This document shows positions 17,302 to 25,548 of a DNA stretch of 64,000 nt, one piece after another. The DNA lies in IMG/VR virus record IMGVR_UViG_3300033075_001877, positions 6,842 through 70,841 of that record, one strand, 5' to 3'. Numbering within the stretch: position 1 is the stretch's first letter; every line of letters begins with the position of its first letter. This stretch comes from a virus. Lineage: Duplodnaviria > Caudoviricetes. The notes under the pieces are model-generated. The model was not told where the DNA came from, did no database searches, and worked only from the letters and a program-made list of their open reading frames with translations. The position numbers and the translations under genes were made by a program.

Positions 17302-17732
17302 TGTGCGCGTACGATGACGGCGAGCTCAACGACTTCACCTCGTTCGAGATGCGGCGTGCCGGCAAGGAGCACCGCTGCATCGAGTGCGGGCGCACGATCG
17401 CCAAGGACGAGCGGCACGAGCGCTACGGGGCGCTCTACGACGGACGCATGAGCTCGGGCCGCACGTGCGCCCACTGTGTCGAGGCGAGGCGCTGGCTGAT
17501 GAAGGTCTGCAACGGCTGGCTCTTCGAGGGGGTCGAGACCGACCTCGGCGAACACGTCGGGCGCGGCGACGAGTGGTGGGTCGGCGACCTCCACCTCTAC
17601 CGCGTCGTGCGATGGATGGGCGACGACTGGAAGAGTCGGCGCACCGGCGAGCTCATCCCGCTCGAGCGCGTGGCGGCCGAGGTCGACGCAGCGATCGCCG
17701 CCTACGTAGCGAAGGAGGCGAAGGCGGCGTGA
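17298..17732 (+). CDS. Zn-ribbon hypothetical protein
   Basis: 'RAGKEHRCIECGRTIAKDERH...TCAHC'. Confidence 0.65.
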   Translation: MMCAYDDGELNDFTSFEMRRAGKEHRCIECGRTIAKDERHERYGALYDGRMSSGRTCAHCVEARRWLMKVCNGWLFEGVETDLGEHVGRGDEWWVGDLHLYRVVRWMGDDWKSRRTGELIPLERVAAEVDAAIAAYVAKEAKAA

Positions 17733-17883
17733 ACCGACTCATCTCGCGCTTCGTCTACGAGCACGGCCTTTGACGGCCGGAACGTCGCGGTCGCCAGTTT
17801 GGCGACACTCGCATGGGCGCGCCGAGCGCTGATCTAGGGTCCATCACGCCCACCGAGTGGGCGCTGTCGACGAGAGGGAGAGC

Positions 17884-18264
17884 ATGAGACGATTCACGGC
17901 GATCAGCGTCGCCCTGCTGGCCGCGTGGCTGGCGGCGACGTTCGCCTTCACCACCGTGCAGGCGAGCGCCTGCAACGGCCCGGCATCGGGTGCCACAGGC
18001 TCGGGCGCGATGGGCTCGGGCTCCACGGGCCCCGGCTGCGTGCCGGCAACGACCCAGGCGCCGAGTACCACCGTGCTCCCAACCACGACCGCGGTTGGGA
18101 CGACGACGACCTCGAGCACCTCGACGACGACGGTGGCGCCCACCACCACGACCGTGCCCGCGACGACGACCACGGCGCCGGCAGGTGGCGCCGGGTCGGC
18201 CGTGGCAGGACGCACGGTCGAACTTCCGACTCCGGTCGAGATCCTTCCCCGCTTCACCGGATGA
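17884..18264 (+). CDS. secreted Thr-rich (mucin-like) protein ending in PRFTG
   Basis: Signal peptide 'MRRFTAISVALLAAWLAATFAFTTVQASA', Thr/Ser/Pro-rich core, C-terminal LPRFTG; GAGGGAG RBS. Confidence 0.72.
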   Translation: MRRFTAISVALLAAWLAATFAFTTVQASACNGPASGATGSGAMGSGSTGPGCVPATTQAPSTTVLPTTTAVGTTTTSSTSTTTVAPTTTTVPATTTTAPAGGAGSAVAGRTVELPTPVEILPRFTG

Positions 18265-18728
18265 GGCGCTCGGGACCGCCGGCCCGCAAGACCCCGCTTC
18301 GGGCCGGCGGCTCGAGCATGAAGCGCTCGCGGGTCTCCCCCGTGAGCGCCAAGACGAGAGATCGCAACCGTCGACTGGCGGAGCTGTGCGCAGAGGTGCT
18401 CGCGGATGAGCCCCTGTGCCAGCTCCGCCTTTCGCGTTGCACAGGTCAGGCGACCACCTGCCACCACCGGAGTGCGCGCTCGACGCGCCCGGATCTGGTA
18501 GTCGTGAGGGCGAACCTCGTGCCGTCGTGCTCGGCCTGCAACATGCAGCTCGAGGAGCTGACGGGCGAGGAGCTCGAAGAGGCCCGCGCTCGCGGGCTCA
18601 AGCTGGCGGCGTGGGAGGACCTCGATGAGCGCCCGGTGCAAGGACCTGCTGGCAGTCGGCTCCGCCTTCCTCGTCGCGGCGACGCTGATGACGGTGGCCC
18701 TGCGGACCCTGGTCCGCTACGCGGATGA
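18261..18728 (+). CDS. HNH endonuclease (small, packaging-associated type)
   Basis: 'CQLRLSRCTGQATTCHHRSAR...NLVPSCSACN'. Confidence 0.78.
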   Translation: MRRSGPPARKTPLRAGGSSMKRSRVSPVSAKTRDRNRRLAELCAEVLADEPLCQLRLSRCTGQATTCHHRSARSTRPDLVVVRANLVPSCSACNMQLEELTGEELEEARARGLKLAAWEDLDERPVQGPAGSRLRLPRRGDADDGGPADPGPLRG

Positions 18729-19337
18729 GTGGCTTCGGGGCACGCGGTGAGGGTGCCCATCGCGATGCCGCTGTCGGTCGCACGCGACATCGTGCAGGCA
18801 TCGGTGACCGCCGAGTCCGACGTGCACCTACAGTGGGCGCAGCGCCTCGTTGGTGAGGCGCCCTGCAAGGAGAACGGCGGGCGCTGGCAAAGCGTCGCGC
18901 CGATGATGCTGCCCGACACGTGGGCGATCGTCGGCATGTGGCTGGCGGACCACTCCGTGCTCGATGCCGGCGCACGGGGAGCGAAGCGCAAGCGCGCCGA
19001 CCGCTTCTACCGCCAGAGCGAGCGCATCAGGGCCGAGCTCGTGAAGCTGGTGAAGCACCCCGGGTACCACGGCGTCGCCATGCTCGGCGTGCGCACCGAG
19101 GTGCTCGCCGCGTGGCGCTCGGATGCCGGCGCGCTCTCACCTGTTCGCAAAGCTGCGACCCAGGAGGGCGTGATGTACCCGACGCCCCTGGTCCACCGGG
19201 GCCGACGGATCACGCGCTGGGACTTCGTCGAGCTCGAGGACGGAGGCCAGATCGACCTGGCCTACTCCCATACCGAGGAGTCCCGTGCTCAGTACCTCCG
19301 TCTGGCCCGCCAGAAGCAGCGTGTTGAAGGCACCTGA
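18729..19337 (+). CDS. hypothetical protein (about 200 aa), 3' end overlaps terL antisense
   Basis: Follows the HNH stop directly; coding bias; exact start uncertain. Confidence 0.55.
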   Translation: MASGHAVRVPIAMPLSVARDIVQASVTAESDVHLQWAQRLVGEAPCKENGGRWQSVAPMMLPDTWAIVGMWLADHSVLDAGARGAKRKRADRFYRQSERIRAELVKLVKHPGYHGVAMLGVRTEVLAAWRSDAGALSPVRKAATQEGVMYPTPLVHRGRRITRWDFVELEDGGQIDLAYSHTEESRAQYLRLARQKQRVEGT

Positions 19338-20789
19338 CGCGGCGTCCACCTGGTCGTCGTGGCGGCCGCGCGGGAACCGCGTGTGCTCGCGCACGAAGGT
19401 CTTCCACTTCCGGTCGGCCTTCTCGCCCACGATGCGGATGCGCCGGTTGCGCTGCGTCGCCGCGTAGCGGAAGGCGCGCTGCTCCTTCGTCCCCTCCGCC
19501 GGCACGCCGAGGAAGTCGTGGCCGATGAGGAGCTTGGCGTAGTTCGCCGTGTTCGTCTTGCCCGAGCCGGCGCGCTCCTGCTCCATGCGGATCGGCACGC
19601 CGTAGCCATCGCGCTCGGCGGCGGAGAGGATGCGCGCCTCGACGTCGGCGGGGTGGCCACGGAAGCGCTCGATGTCGAGCACGTAGACCCAGTGCTCCCA
19701 GTCGTCGATGCCCAACAGCGCGCCCACGGTCCAGTCGGCGCCGGCCTCCTCGGATGCAGCGAGGTCCCACCAGCGGCAGAAGCGCATGCGGTCGTGCACC
19801 TCGTCGTGCACGAAGGGCACGTACTCCCAGTGGTCCGCCGTGAACCAGTTGTTGCTCGCGAGCACGGGCTTCTGCTGGTACAGGCCCGACCAGGCGAGCG
19901 GGTTCGTGGAGCCGCGGATCTGGGCGAGCTGCTGCTCGTTGAAGCGCTCCGGCCACAGCGCCTCCCCCTCGGCGCGCCCGAGCTCGTCGCGCCACTCGGC
20001 GCGCTCCGCCGGCTCTTCGATCTCCTCGGGCGCCTCGGCCAGCGCGGGAAAGTGGATGATCTCGTAGCGGTCACCCTCGTAGCCCTGCTCGGCCATGCGG
20101 TCGCGGATCACGCCGATGAGGTCTTCCTCGTGCCAGCGCGCCATGAGCACCACGAGCGTGCCGCCGGGCTCGAGGCGGGTGCGCAGTGTGGAGTCGAACC
20201 ACTCGACGAGGTTCGAGCGGATCTTCTCCGACAGTGCCTCCTCGACGTTCTTGATCGGGTCATCGACGATGATGAGGTTGCCGCCGGTGCCGGTGATCTC
20301 GCCACCGCGACCGACCGAGCGCATCGTTCCCCGGTGGCCGGCGACGCGCCAGTTGTCGGCGGCGCGCACCTCGGGATCGACCGAGTGCCCGAAGAGGCGA
20401 GGGCCTATCGAACCGAACAGGTCGCGGCAGTCGCGGCCCCAGCGCTTCGAGAAGTTGTCCGAGTAGGTGACCAGGATGACGTGGTCGTCGGGGTACATCC
20501 CGAGGTACCACGTCGGCAGCGCCCACGAGCAGAAGAAGCTCTTGCCGTGGCGCACCGTGATCTCGACAAGGATGAAGTGCCACTTCGTCTTGTCGGTGAC
20601 CGCCTCAACGATCTTCTCGTTCAGGTACCTCAGATGCCTCGGGGCTGTCAGGGGCTGGGAGGATCCCGCCGACGACGACACCATGAGATGCAACGGTGTG
20701 GCCATCTGCTCCAAGTGCTCGCGGAGCTCGCTCGGCAACTGGGAGGGATCGAACAAGTCCGAGTGCGGCGTCTCGAGTTCCGTTGTCAC
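19137..20789 (-). CDS. terL: terminase large subunit
   Basis: Walker A-type 'VRHGKS', Walker B 'IIVDDPIK', 'VLMARWHEEDL', nuclease 'WDLAAS..ADWTVG', 'HDDQVDAASGA'; start uncertain. Confidence 0.93.
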   Translation of the reverse strand: MTTELETPHSDLFDPSQLPSELREHLEQMATPLHLMVSSSAGSSQPLTAPRHLRYLNEKIVEAVTDKTKWHFILVEITVRHGKSFFCSWALPTWYLGMYPDDHVILVTYSDNFSKRWGRDCRDLFGSIGPRLFGHSVDPEVRAADNWRVAGHRGTMRSVGRGGEITGTGGNLIIVDDPIKNVEEALSEKIRSNLVEWFDSTLRTRLEPGGTLVVLMARWHEEDLIGVIRDRMAEQGYEGDRYEIIHFPALAEAPEEIEEPAERAEWRDELGRAEGEALWPERFNEQQLAQIRGSTNPLAWSGLYQQKPVLASNNWFTADHWEYVPFVHDEVHDRMRFCRWWDLAASEEAGADWTVGALLGIDDWEHWVYVLDIERFRGHPADVEARILSAAERDGYGVPIRMEQERAGSGKTNTANYAKLLIGHDFLGVPAEGTKEQRAFRYAATQRNRRIRIVGEKADRKWKTFVREHTRFPRGRHDDQVDAASGAFNTLLLAGQTEVLSTGLLGMGVGQVDLASVLELDEVPARDPSAPVDQGRRVHHALLGRSFANR

Positions 20790-21156
20790 TGAGCACTTCC
20801 TTCAACGATCCAGCAACGATGGCAGCAATAGCGATGGGCCCGCCGCCCGCCCCGGTGAGCTCGGTGCGCACCGTCTTCATGTCCCGCCAATTCTCAGGGT
20901 CGCGGTTGAACAGCCACATCTGGATGGCCGTCATGTTGCCGTCCATGGCGCGCTCGTAGAGCACGCCGGCCACGTTCGAGTCGAGGATGGCGTTCGCCTC
21001 TGCGAGCGCCTCGCGGAACAGTTCGTCCATCGCCTCGTGCTTGCGCACCGTGGCGAGCGAGAACCCCACCTTCTCGGCGGCGACCGCGAGCGGCTTCCCA
21101 TCGGCAACCATGCGCACGACGCGGCGCTTCTCGGCGGCGCCGAAGGGCTTGCCCAT
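20605..21156 (-). CDS. terS: terminase small subunit
   Basis: N-terminal HTH, helical core, 'GNMTAIQMWLFNRDPENWRD...ELTGAGGGPI'; immediately upstream of terL. Confidence 0.82.
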   Translation of the reverse strand: MGKPFGAAEKRRVVRMVADGKPLAVAAEKVGFSLATVRKHEAMDELFREALAEANAILDSNVAGVLYERAMDGNMTAIQMWLFNRDPENWRDMKTVRTELTGAGGGPIAIAAIVAGSLKEVLSDNGTRDAALGLVRSLPVAERAPRALGADGHTVASHGVVVGGILPAPDSPEASEVPEREDR

Positions 21157-21566
21157 CAGACGACGGCCCGGTTCGTGGCGAGCAGCGAGCGGAGCATGTC
21201 GGCCTGGTACCCCATGGCGCGCATCGCAGCACGCTTCGAGTCGACCACCGCCTCAGCGACCTCCGCCATGTATCGGAGGTCGCCGACCGTGACCTCCTCA
21301 CCCTCGAAGTCGGTGGTCGAGAAGTGGACCATCGCTTTCTTGGTCGCCTCGGTGGCCTTCGTGCCCTGCACGGCGAGCCACGCGCTCGCCTGCGCCTGCT
21401 CGTAGGCCCGGCGCGTCGCGGCGGCGCGCTGGGCGAGCGAGAGCAGCTCGCACGCGACGGTGTCCATCTCCTCGATCACGAGCGTCATCGACTGCTCGAT
21501 CTCGTAGGAGCTCCATGGCTGCTGCCGATCACGTCGATCCGCGAACTTCACCGGGTCGCGCTCCAC
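21156..21566 (-). CDS. helical hypothetical protein
   Basis: All-alpha pattern; stop overlaps the terS start; start uncertain. Confidence 0.55.
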   Translation of the reverse strand: MERDPVKFADRRDRQQPWSSYEIEQSMTLVIEEMDTVACELLSLAQRAAATRRAYEQAQASAWLAVQGTKATEATKKAMVHFSTTDFEGEEVTVGDLRYMAEVAEAVVDSKRAAMRAMGYQADMLRSLLATNRAVV

Positions 21567-21841
21567 TGGTAGATCAGTGTGGCCATGCCCCAGATGCTCA
21601 GCCAGAGCACGATGGGCGCTGGCGTCGAGACCGAGACGTTGAGCACGGCCACCACGCCGGCCGCGAGGTACGCGCTGACGCACCACGGGCACGTGATGAG
21701 CTCGACGAACCACTCGGGCGCACGCCCCACGATCCACCCTCGCGGGCGATCGAAGATCGAGTCCCTCACCACCAGCCGCGTGAGCCGGAACGTCGCGAAC
21801 GCCGCGACGATCAGCACCTCTAGCGAGCTCCGCATCCGCAC
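21548..21841 (-). CDS. DUF1360-family membrane protein
   Basis: 'ATFRLTRLVVRDSIFDRPR...ELITCPWCVSAY' with hydrophobic segments. Confidence 0.82.
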   Translation of the reverse strand: MRMRSSLEVLIVAAFATFRLTRLVVRDSIFDRPRGWIVGRAPEWFVELITCPWCVSAYLAAGVVAVLNVSVSTPAPIVLWLSIWGMATLIYQWSATR

Positions 21842-22071
21842 CCCTTGTCCCTCGTGATGAAGGCGAGCTGCACCGAGTCGCCCGCCTCGTTGGTTGCCAC
21901 GTAGGCGAGGCGCTTCGTGTCCTCGCGCACGGTCGACGTGATCGTGAACGAGCCGAGGTCCGGCCCGTCCTTCTGGCTCACCCGCACGGTCCCGAACGCC
22001 ACAGCGACGTCCACACCCTTGCCCTCGAGCGCGCCGTTGAGGTAGTAGTCCGCTACCCGCCGAATGGCCAC
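21820..22071 (-). CDS. hypothetical protein ending KGCGCG
   Basis: GTG start after GGAGG; coding bias. Confidence 0.55.
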   Translation of the reverse strand: MAIRRVADYYLNGALEGKGVDVAVAFGTVRVSQKDGPDLGSFTITSTVREDTKRLAYVATNEAGDSVQLAFITRDKGCGCGAR

Positions 22072-22268
22072 TGCTGCTTGTCCTCCATCGTGTGGTAGGT
22101 CGACGGAGCGACGAACAGCGACGCCAGCACGGGATCGACCGTGGCGAGCTGATCCGCCTCCTCGACGAGCCCTGCGGCGACCAGGCGAGCCGCGCGCTCG
22201 TCGGGCACCTCCATCACCTTGCCGGGTCGGATCCCCCCGGCCAGATGGCATCGACCGATGATGAGCAT
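22053..22268 (-). CDS. hypothetical protein (71 aa)
   Basis: SD CAGGAGGT; 'GKVMEVPDERAARLVAAGLVE' resembles small phage beta/alpha domains. Confidence 0.6.
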   Translation of the reverse strand: MLIIGRCHLAGGIRPGKVMEVPDERAARLVAAGLVEEADQLATVDPVLASLFVAPSTYHTMEDKQQWPFGG

Positions 22269-22294
22269 GCGCACCTCCTGGTTGGCATGCGAGC

Positions 22295-22654
22295 TTACGC
22301 GGCCGGCGTGAACGCCAGCCGGACCAGGTCCGTCTTCCCTCGCACGGGCGCATGGAAGCGCAGGGACTTGACCCACTTCCCGTTGTCGTCGGGCAGCTTG
22401 CCGGCGTGCACGATGCCGTCGATGAGCGCCTTCACCGCGAGGAACATCGAGCCAGCGTCACCGAGCGAGCTCGCGCTCGACACCTGGACGCACTCGATGT
22501 CGACCGGGAAGTCGAACTTCGGCAGCTTTGGGGCGAGCTCGAACTGCCCGTACTCCACCCAGGTGCGCGTCAGGCCGGCGACGGTGAAGCGGTTGGCCGC
22601 CAGGGCGTCATTGACCGTCCACGGGCGCTGTCCCCGTAGCTCCACCACCCACAC
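22295..22654 (-). CDS. rusA: RusA-like Holliday junction resolvase
   Basis: 'DAGSMFLAVKALIDGIVHAGKLPDDNGKWV' (DxxN/S...K..D...DD). Confidence 0.75.
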   Translation of the reverse strand: MWVVELRGQRPWTVNDALAANRFTVAGLTRTWVEYGQFELAPKLPKFDFPVDIECVQVSSASSLGDAGSMFLAVKALIDGIVHAGKLPDDNGKWVKSLRFHAPVRGKTDLVRLAFTPAA

Positions 22655-22967
22655 GTTCCCTCCACATGCGCATCAGCTCGACGGCCTCGTAGCCGCCCCA
22701 GATCCCGTCCACCTGGCGCGTGCGCAAGGCGAACTCGAGGCACTCCTCGCGCACCACGCAGAGAGTCCAGCAGATGCGCTTCGCCTCCATGACGCGCAGG
22801 GCGCGCTCGGCCCCGCGGTCGCGCTCGCTGTAGAAGAGGCTGAGCTGGTATTCCCAGTCCACCACCTGCCCGAGCTCGAGGATGGCCTCGGGCTTGCACG
22901 CCGCCTTGTCGTGCCACTTCAGGTCGGCACCGGGTGACGGCCGCTTGTGCCGGTATGGGCGACTCAT
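22608..22967 (-). CDS. whiB: WhiB-family Fe-S transcription factor
   Basis: 'WHDKAAC...LFY...AKRICWTLCVVREECLEFAL...GIWGG'. Confidence 0.9.
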   Translation of the reverse strand: MSRPYRHKRPSPGADLKWHDKAACKPEAILELGQVVDWEYQLSLFYSERDRGAERALRVMEAKRICWTLCVVREECLEFALRTRQVDGIWGGYEAVELMRMWRERVGGGATGTAPVDGQ

Positions 22968-23761
22968 GGCCCGGCCAGGATCGCGCCAGAAGGAGGACTT
23001 CCGCCATCCACGATGTAAGAGGAGGTTCCTTCGAGAAGCTCGTACGTGAACCAGAAGGACAACACGTCGCCGACTTCGATCTGGAGCAACGGGTCGTCCG
23101 ACAGGCCTGGATCTCCGCCGCGCTGCGGATCACAGAACAGTACGAACAGGACGGTGACCTGCACGATCCCGATGATCACCGCGACCCCGGAAACCTGAAC
23201 GACGCCGGACGAGATCGAAGTGCCCGACCTGCTCACCGAGTAGGTGCCTGCCGTTCCGATTGTGGTCGAGAAGTCCCCACCGACCATTGCGATGCCCATG
23301 TTGCGTGGCGGCAGGTACACGTAGCCGCCAAGGAGAGCGTTCAGTGAGGCAGGGGTCGCGCCGACAGCATCAGCGGTGATGTTCGCCTCTATGAAGCAGC
23401 GATCCCCGTAGGCATGCCAGCGAGCAAAGGTGGGCACACTCGCAACCTCGCTGTCGAAGACAGTCGCACTCTGGTCGACCTCAATCTCGAGGTCTCCGCG
23501 CTTTTCGCGTAGATCGCTGATGCTCGAACTCGTCGTGGGCCCCTTGTGGCTATCACTGAGACACCGCACGACTCCGCTCTTGGTGTTCCTCACGCAGAGC
23601 CCGGCGCCATCCTCAAACCAGAGCCAATCGCCGATCTGGAACGGCAGGCCGAACGACGACCCAGGCCCGCGCCCTGCGCCGGCTTCAAGCGCGCTGATCT
23701 GCTTGGCGATCGTACGGATCCGATTGGCCAGCTCGCCGGACATCGGTGAACGGGTGCTCAT
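22964..23761 (-). CDS. tail-tip / putative receptor-binding protein, paralog B
   Basis: Last of the post-tape-measure genes; N-terminal coiled coil + GAGRGPGSSFGLPF; beta-rich C-terminus; atypical codon usage. Confidence 0.6.
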   Translation of the reverse strand: MSTRSPMSGELANRIRTIAKQISALEAGAGRGPGSSFGLPFQIGDWLWFEDGAGLCVRNTKSGVVRCLSDSHKGPTTSSSISDLREKRGDLEIEVDQSATVFDSEVASVPTFARWHAYGDRCFIEANITADAVGATPASLNALLGGYVYLPPRNMGIAMVGGDFSTTIGTAGTYSVSRSGTSISSGVVQVSGVAVIIGIVQVTVLFVLFCDPQRGGDPGLSDDPLLQIEVGDVLSFWFTYELLEGTSSYIVDGGSPPSGAILAGP

Positions 23762-24387
23762 GTCAGCTCGTAGTTGAACGAGAAGGTGAGTTCATCGCCT
23801 TCGGTGAGAACCAGGGGCGTGTCACCCGCGCCGGCGTTGTCGTAGCGCGCGGGATCGATGAACAACGCCAAGATCAGGGTGAGGCTGGCCACCATCAGCC
23901 CGGTGACTTGTACGACACCAGAGGACGGAATCCCTTCACCGAATCGACGCACCGAGTAGACGCCGGACGTCGAAAACGTAAACGGCCCTTCGGAGCCACC
24001 AGCGACAGCATTCCGCGGAGAGAACGCCCCCTCGAAGCTGAGCGTGGCCGAGATCGATCCTGCTGCGGCTGTCGCTGGAATGGTGAGCCCGGCTTCCACG
24101 AACAGGCGGGACCCGATGGCTTGGTAGCGCGAGTAGATGGGGACGTCGGACCCAGTGTCGCTGTTGAAGACCGTGCCGTCCTGAAGAAGGAGGATCCGAG
24201 CATCACCGCGGTCGGTTGCGAGCGGTCTGGGGGTTTCAGCACCTCCCCCTTCGACGTCACTGACGCACAGGCGTACGCCGGAGACGACGTTCGTTGCGCA
24301 GAGCTCTCGCTCGTCTCCATCCCATTCCCAATCGCCCATGCGGAACGGCAGGCCGAACGACGACCCAGGCCCGCGCCCTGCGCCGGC
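23638..24387 (-). repeat. 46-bp perfect direct repeat (23638-23683 and 24342-24387) shared by the two tail-tip paralogs
   Basis: GGAACGGCAGGCCGAACGACGACCCAGGCCCGCGCCCTGCGCCGGC is identical in both genes, whose other regions are diverged. Confidence 0.92.
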
Positions 24388-24498
24388 CTCGACATTGCGC
24401 AGGCGGCGAGTGATGTCCCTCAGCGTGTCGCCGAGTGGATCGACCGCCGACCCGGAGTTTCGCCGGCTCACCCGGATGCCTGTCTCGCTGCGGCCCAT
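23758..24498 (-). CDS. tail-tip / putative receptor-binding protein, paralog A
   Basis: Alignable along its length with 22964-23761 (e.g. SSGVVQVTG vs SSGVVQVSG; LTFSFNYEL vs LSFWFTYEL). Confidence 0.6.
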   Translation of the reverse strand: MGRSETGIRVSRRNSGSAVDPLGDTLRDITRRLRNVEAGAGRGPGSSFGLPFRMGDWEWDGDERELCATNVVSGVRLCVSDVEGGGAETPRPLATDRGDARILLLQDGTVFNSDTGSDVPIYSRYQAIGSRLFVEAGLTIPATAAAGSISATLSFEGAFSPRNAVAGGSEGPFTFSTSGVYSVRRFGEGIPSSGVVQVTGLMVASLTLILALFIDPARYDNAGAGDTPLVLTEGDELTFSFNYELT

Positions 24499-25547
24499 TC
24501 AAGGGCTCGCTGGGACGTGGCCCCGACGGGCTCGACCGAGATGCTGACGCGCTCGTGCTCGGGACCCACGCTGCCTTCCACGGAGACGAGACGATACGCG
24601 CCGTAGATGCCGATGGTCTCGATGCTCACCGGAACGACGCGACCAGGGACCAGGTCCGCGATCGTCACTGGCGCCTCACCACTGAGCGACCCACCGTTGA
24701 AGCCGATGGCGGGGTGCTGGTTCAGCAGCGCTCGTGAGCGGGCGAGACGGATGGCTGTGGTGGTGTCGCGAATGTCGCCGGAGTTGTAGGTCGACTCGTG
24801 CACTCCGTAGAGCTCGGCGGTGTCGACCGTGTGCCGACCCACGATCGTCGCACCCGCCTCACCGACGCCGGCACCAGTGACGACCTGGTCGGTCGTGAGG
24901 TCGACTCCATCCTCGATCACTTCCTCGAAGTCGATGAAGGCCTGGTCGGTGAGCGTGGGCAAGGGCGGCAGGTTGATCTCGACACCATGGGCCATCACCG
25001 TGCGGTCGATGACCGTCCAGTCGAGCTCGGTATCGGCGAGCTCGCGCAGCACGTCATACGCGGTGCGGTACTGCGCGGCAAGCCACCGACGCGAGCCGAG
25101 CACGCCGCAGGGCGGAGCAGCGACTCGCAAGCGTGGCGAGTTGTCGACCGACATGGCATCGCGGATCACGCTGTTGAACATCACGGCTAGGTCGATGTTG
25201 GTGTAGTTGTGATCGCTATGGATCCGGCGTCGCCGCGTCCACTGCATGAGGTCGCGAGCCGAGATCGTCATGCCGTCGTTCTGCGGGCCGGCGCGCCAGG
25301 ACTTCGCGACGATGGGACCAGACCATGCGCGCTCACCGGAGCGCAAGATCGAGAGCTCGTGCATGTAGGGATGGATCCCGCGCGTTTGGCCGAAGCACTC
25401 GAAGGCCGTGCCGGTGAGTTCGAGTGATGCCGAGCTCACCTCATCGACGAGGCGACCCCAGCGGAGAGACGTCCATGGCAGCTCTGCCACCGTTTCACGT
25501 CCACCTCGCGTGGTGATGAAGGCTGAGTACGACCCCGGGCCGAGCAC
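24468..25547 (-). CDS. minor tail protein (Tal/baseplate-hub-like)
   Basis: Second gene after the tape measure; beta-rich; 'LRWGRLVDEVSSASL', 'LRELADTELDWTV'. Confidence 0.7.
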   Translation of the reverse strand: MLGPGSYSAFITTRGGRETVAELPWTSLRWGRLVDEVSSASLELTGTAFECFGQTRGIHPYMHELSILRSGERAWSGPIVAKSWRAGPQNDGMTISARDLMQWTRRRRIHSDHNYTNIDLAVMFNSVIRDAMSVDNSPRLRVAAPPCGVLGSRRWLAAQYRTAYDVLRELADTELDWTVIDRTVMAHGVEINLPPLPTLTDQAFIDFEEVIEDGVDLTTDQVVTGAGVGEAGATIVGRHTVDTAELYGVHESTYNSGDIRDTTTAIRLARSRALLNQHPAIGFNGGSLSGEAPVTIADLVPGRVVPVSIETIGIYGAYRLVSVEGSVGPEHERVSISVEPVGATSQRALEWAAARQASG

Positions 25548-25548
25548 G

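Noticed and set aside
22964-24498. Diversity-generating retroelement (template and variable repeat) explanation for the tail-tip paralogs
   Set aside because: No reverse transcriptase in the window, and differences between the paralogs are spread over all bases rather than adenine-specific.
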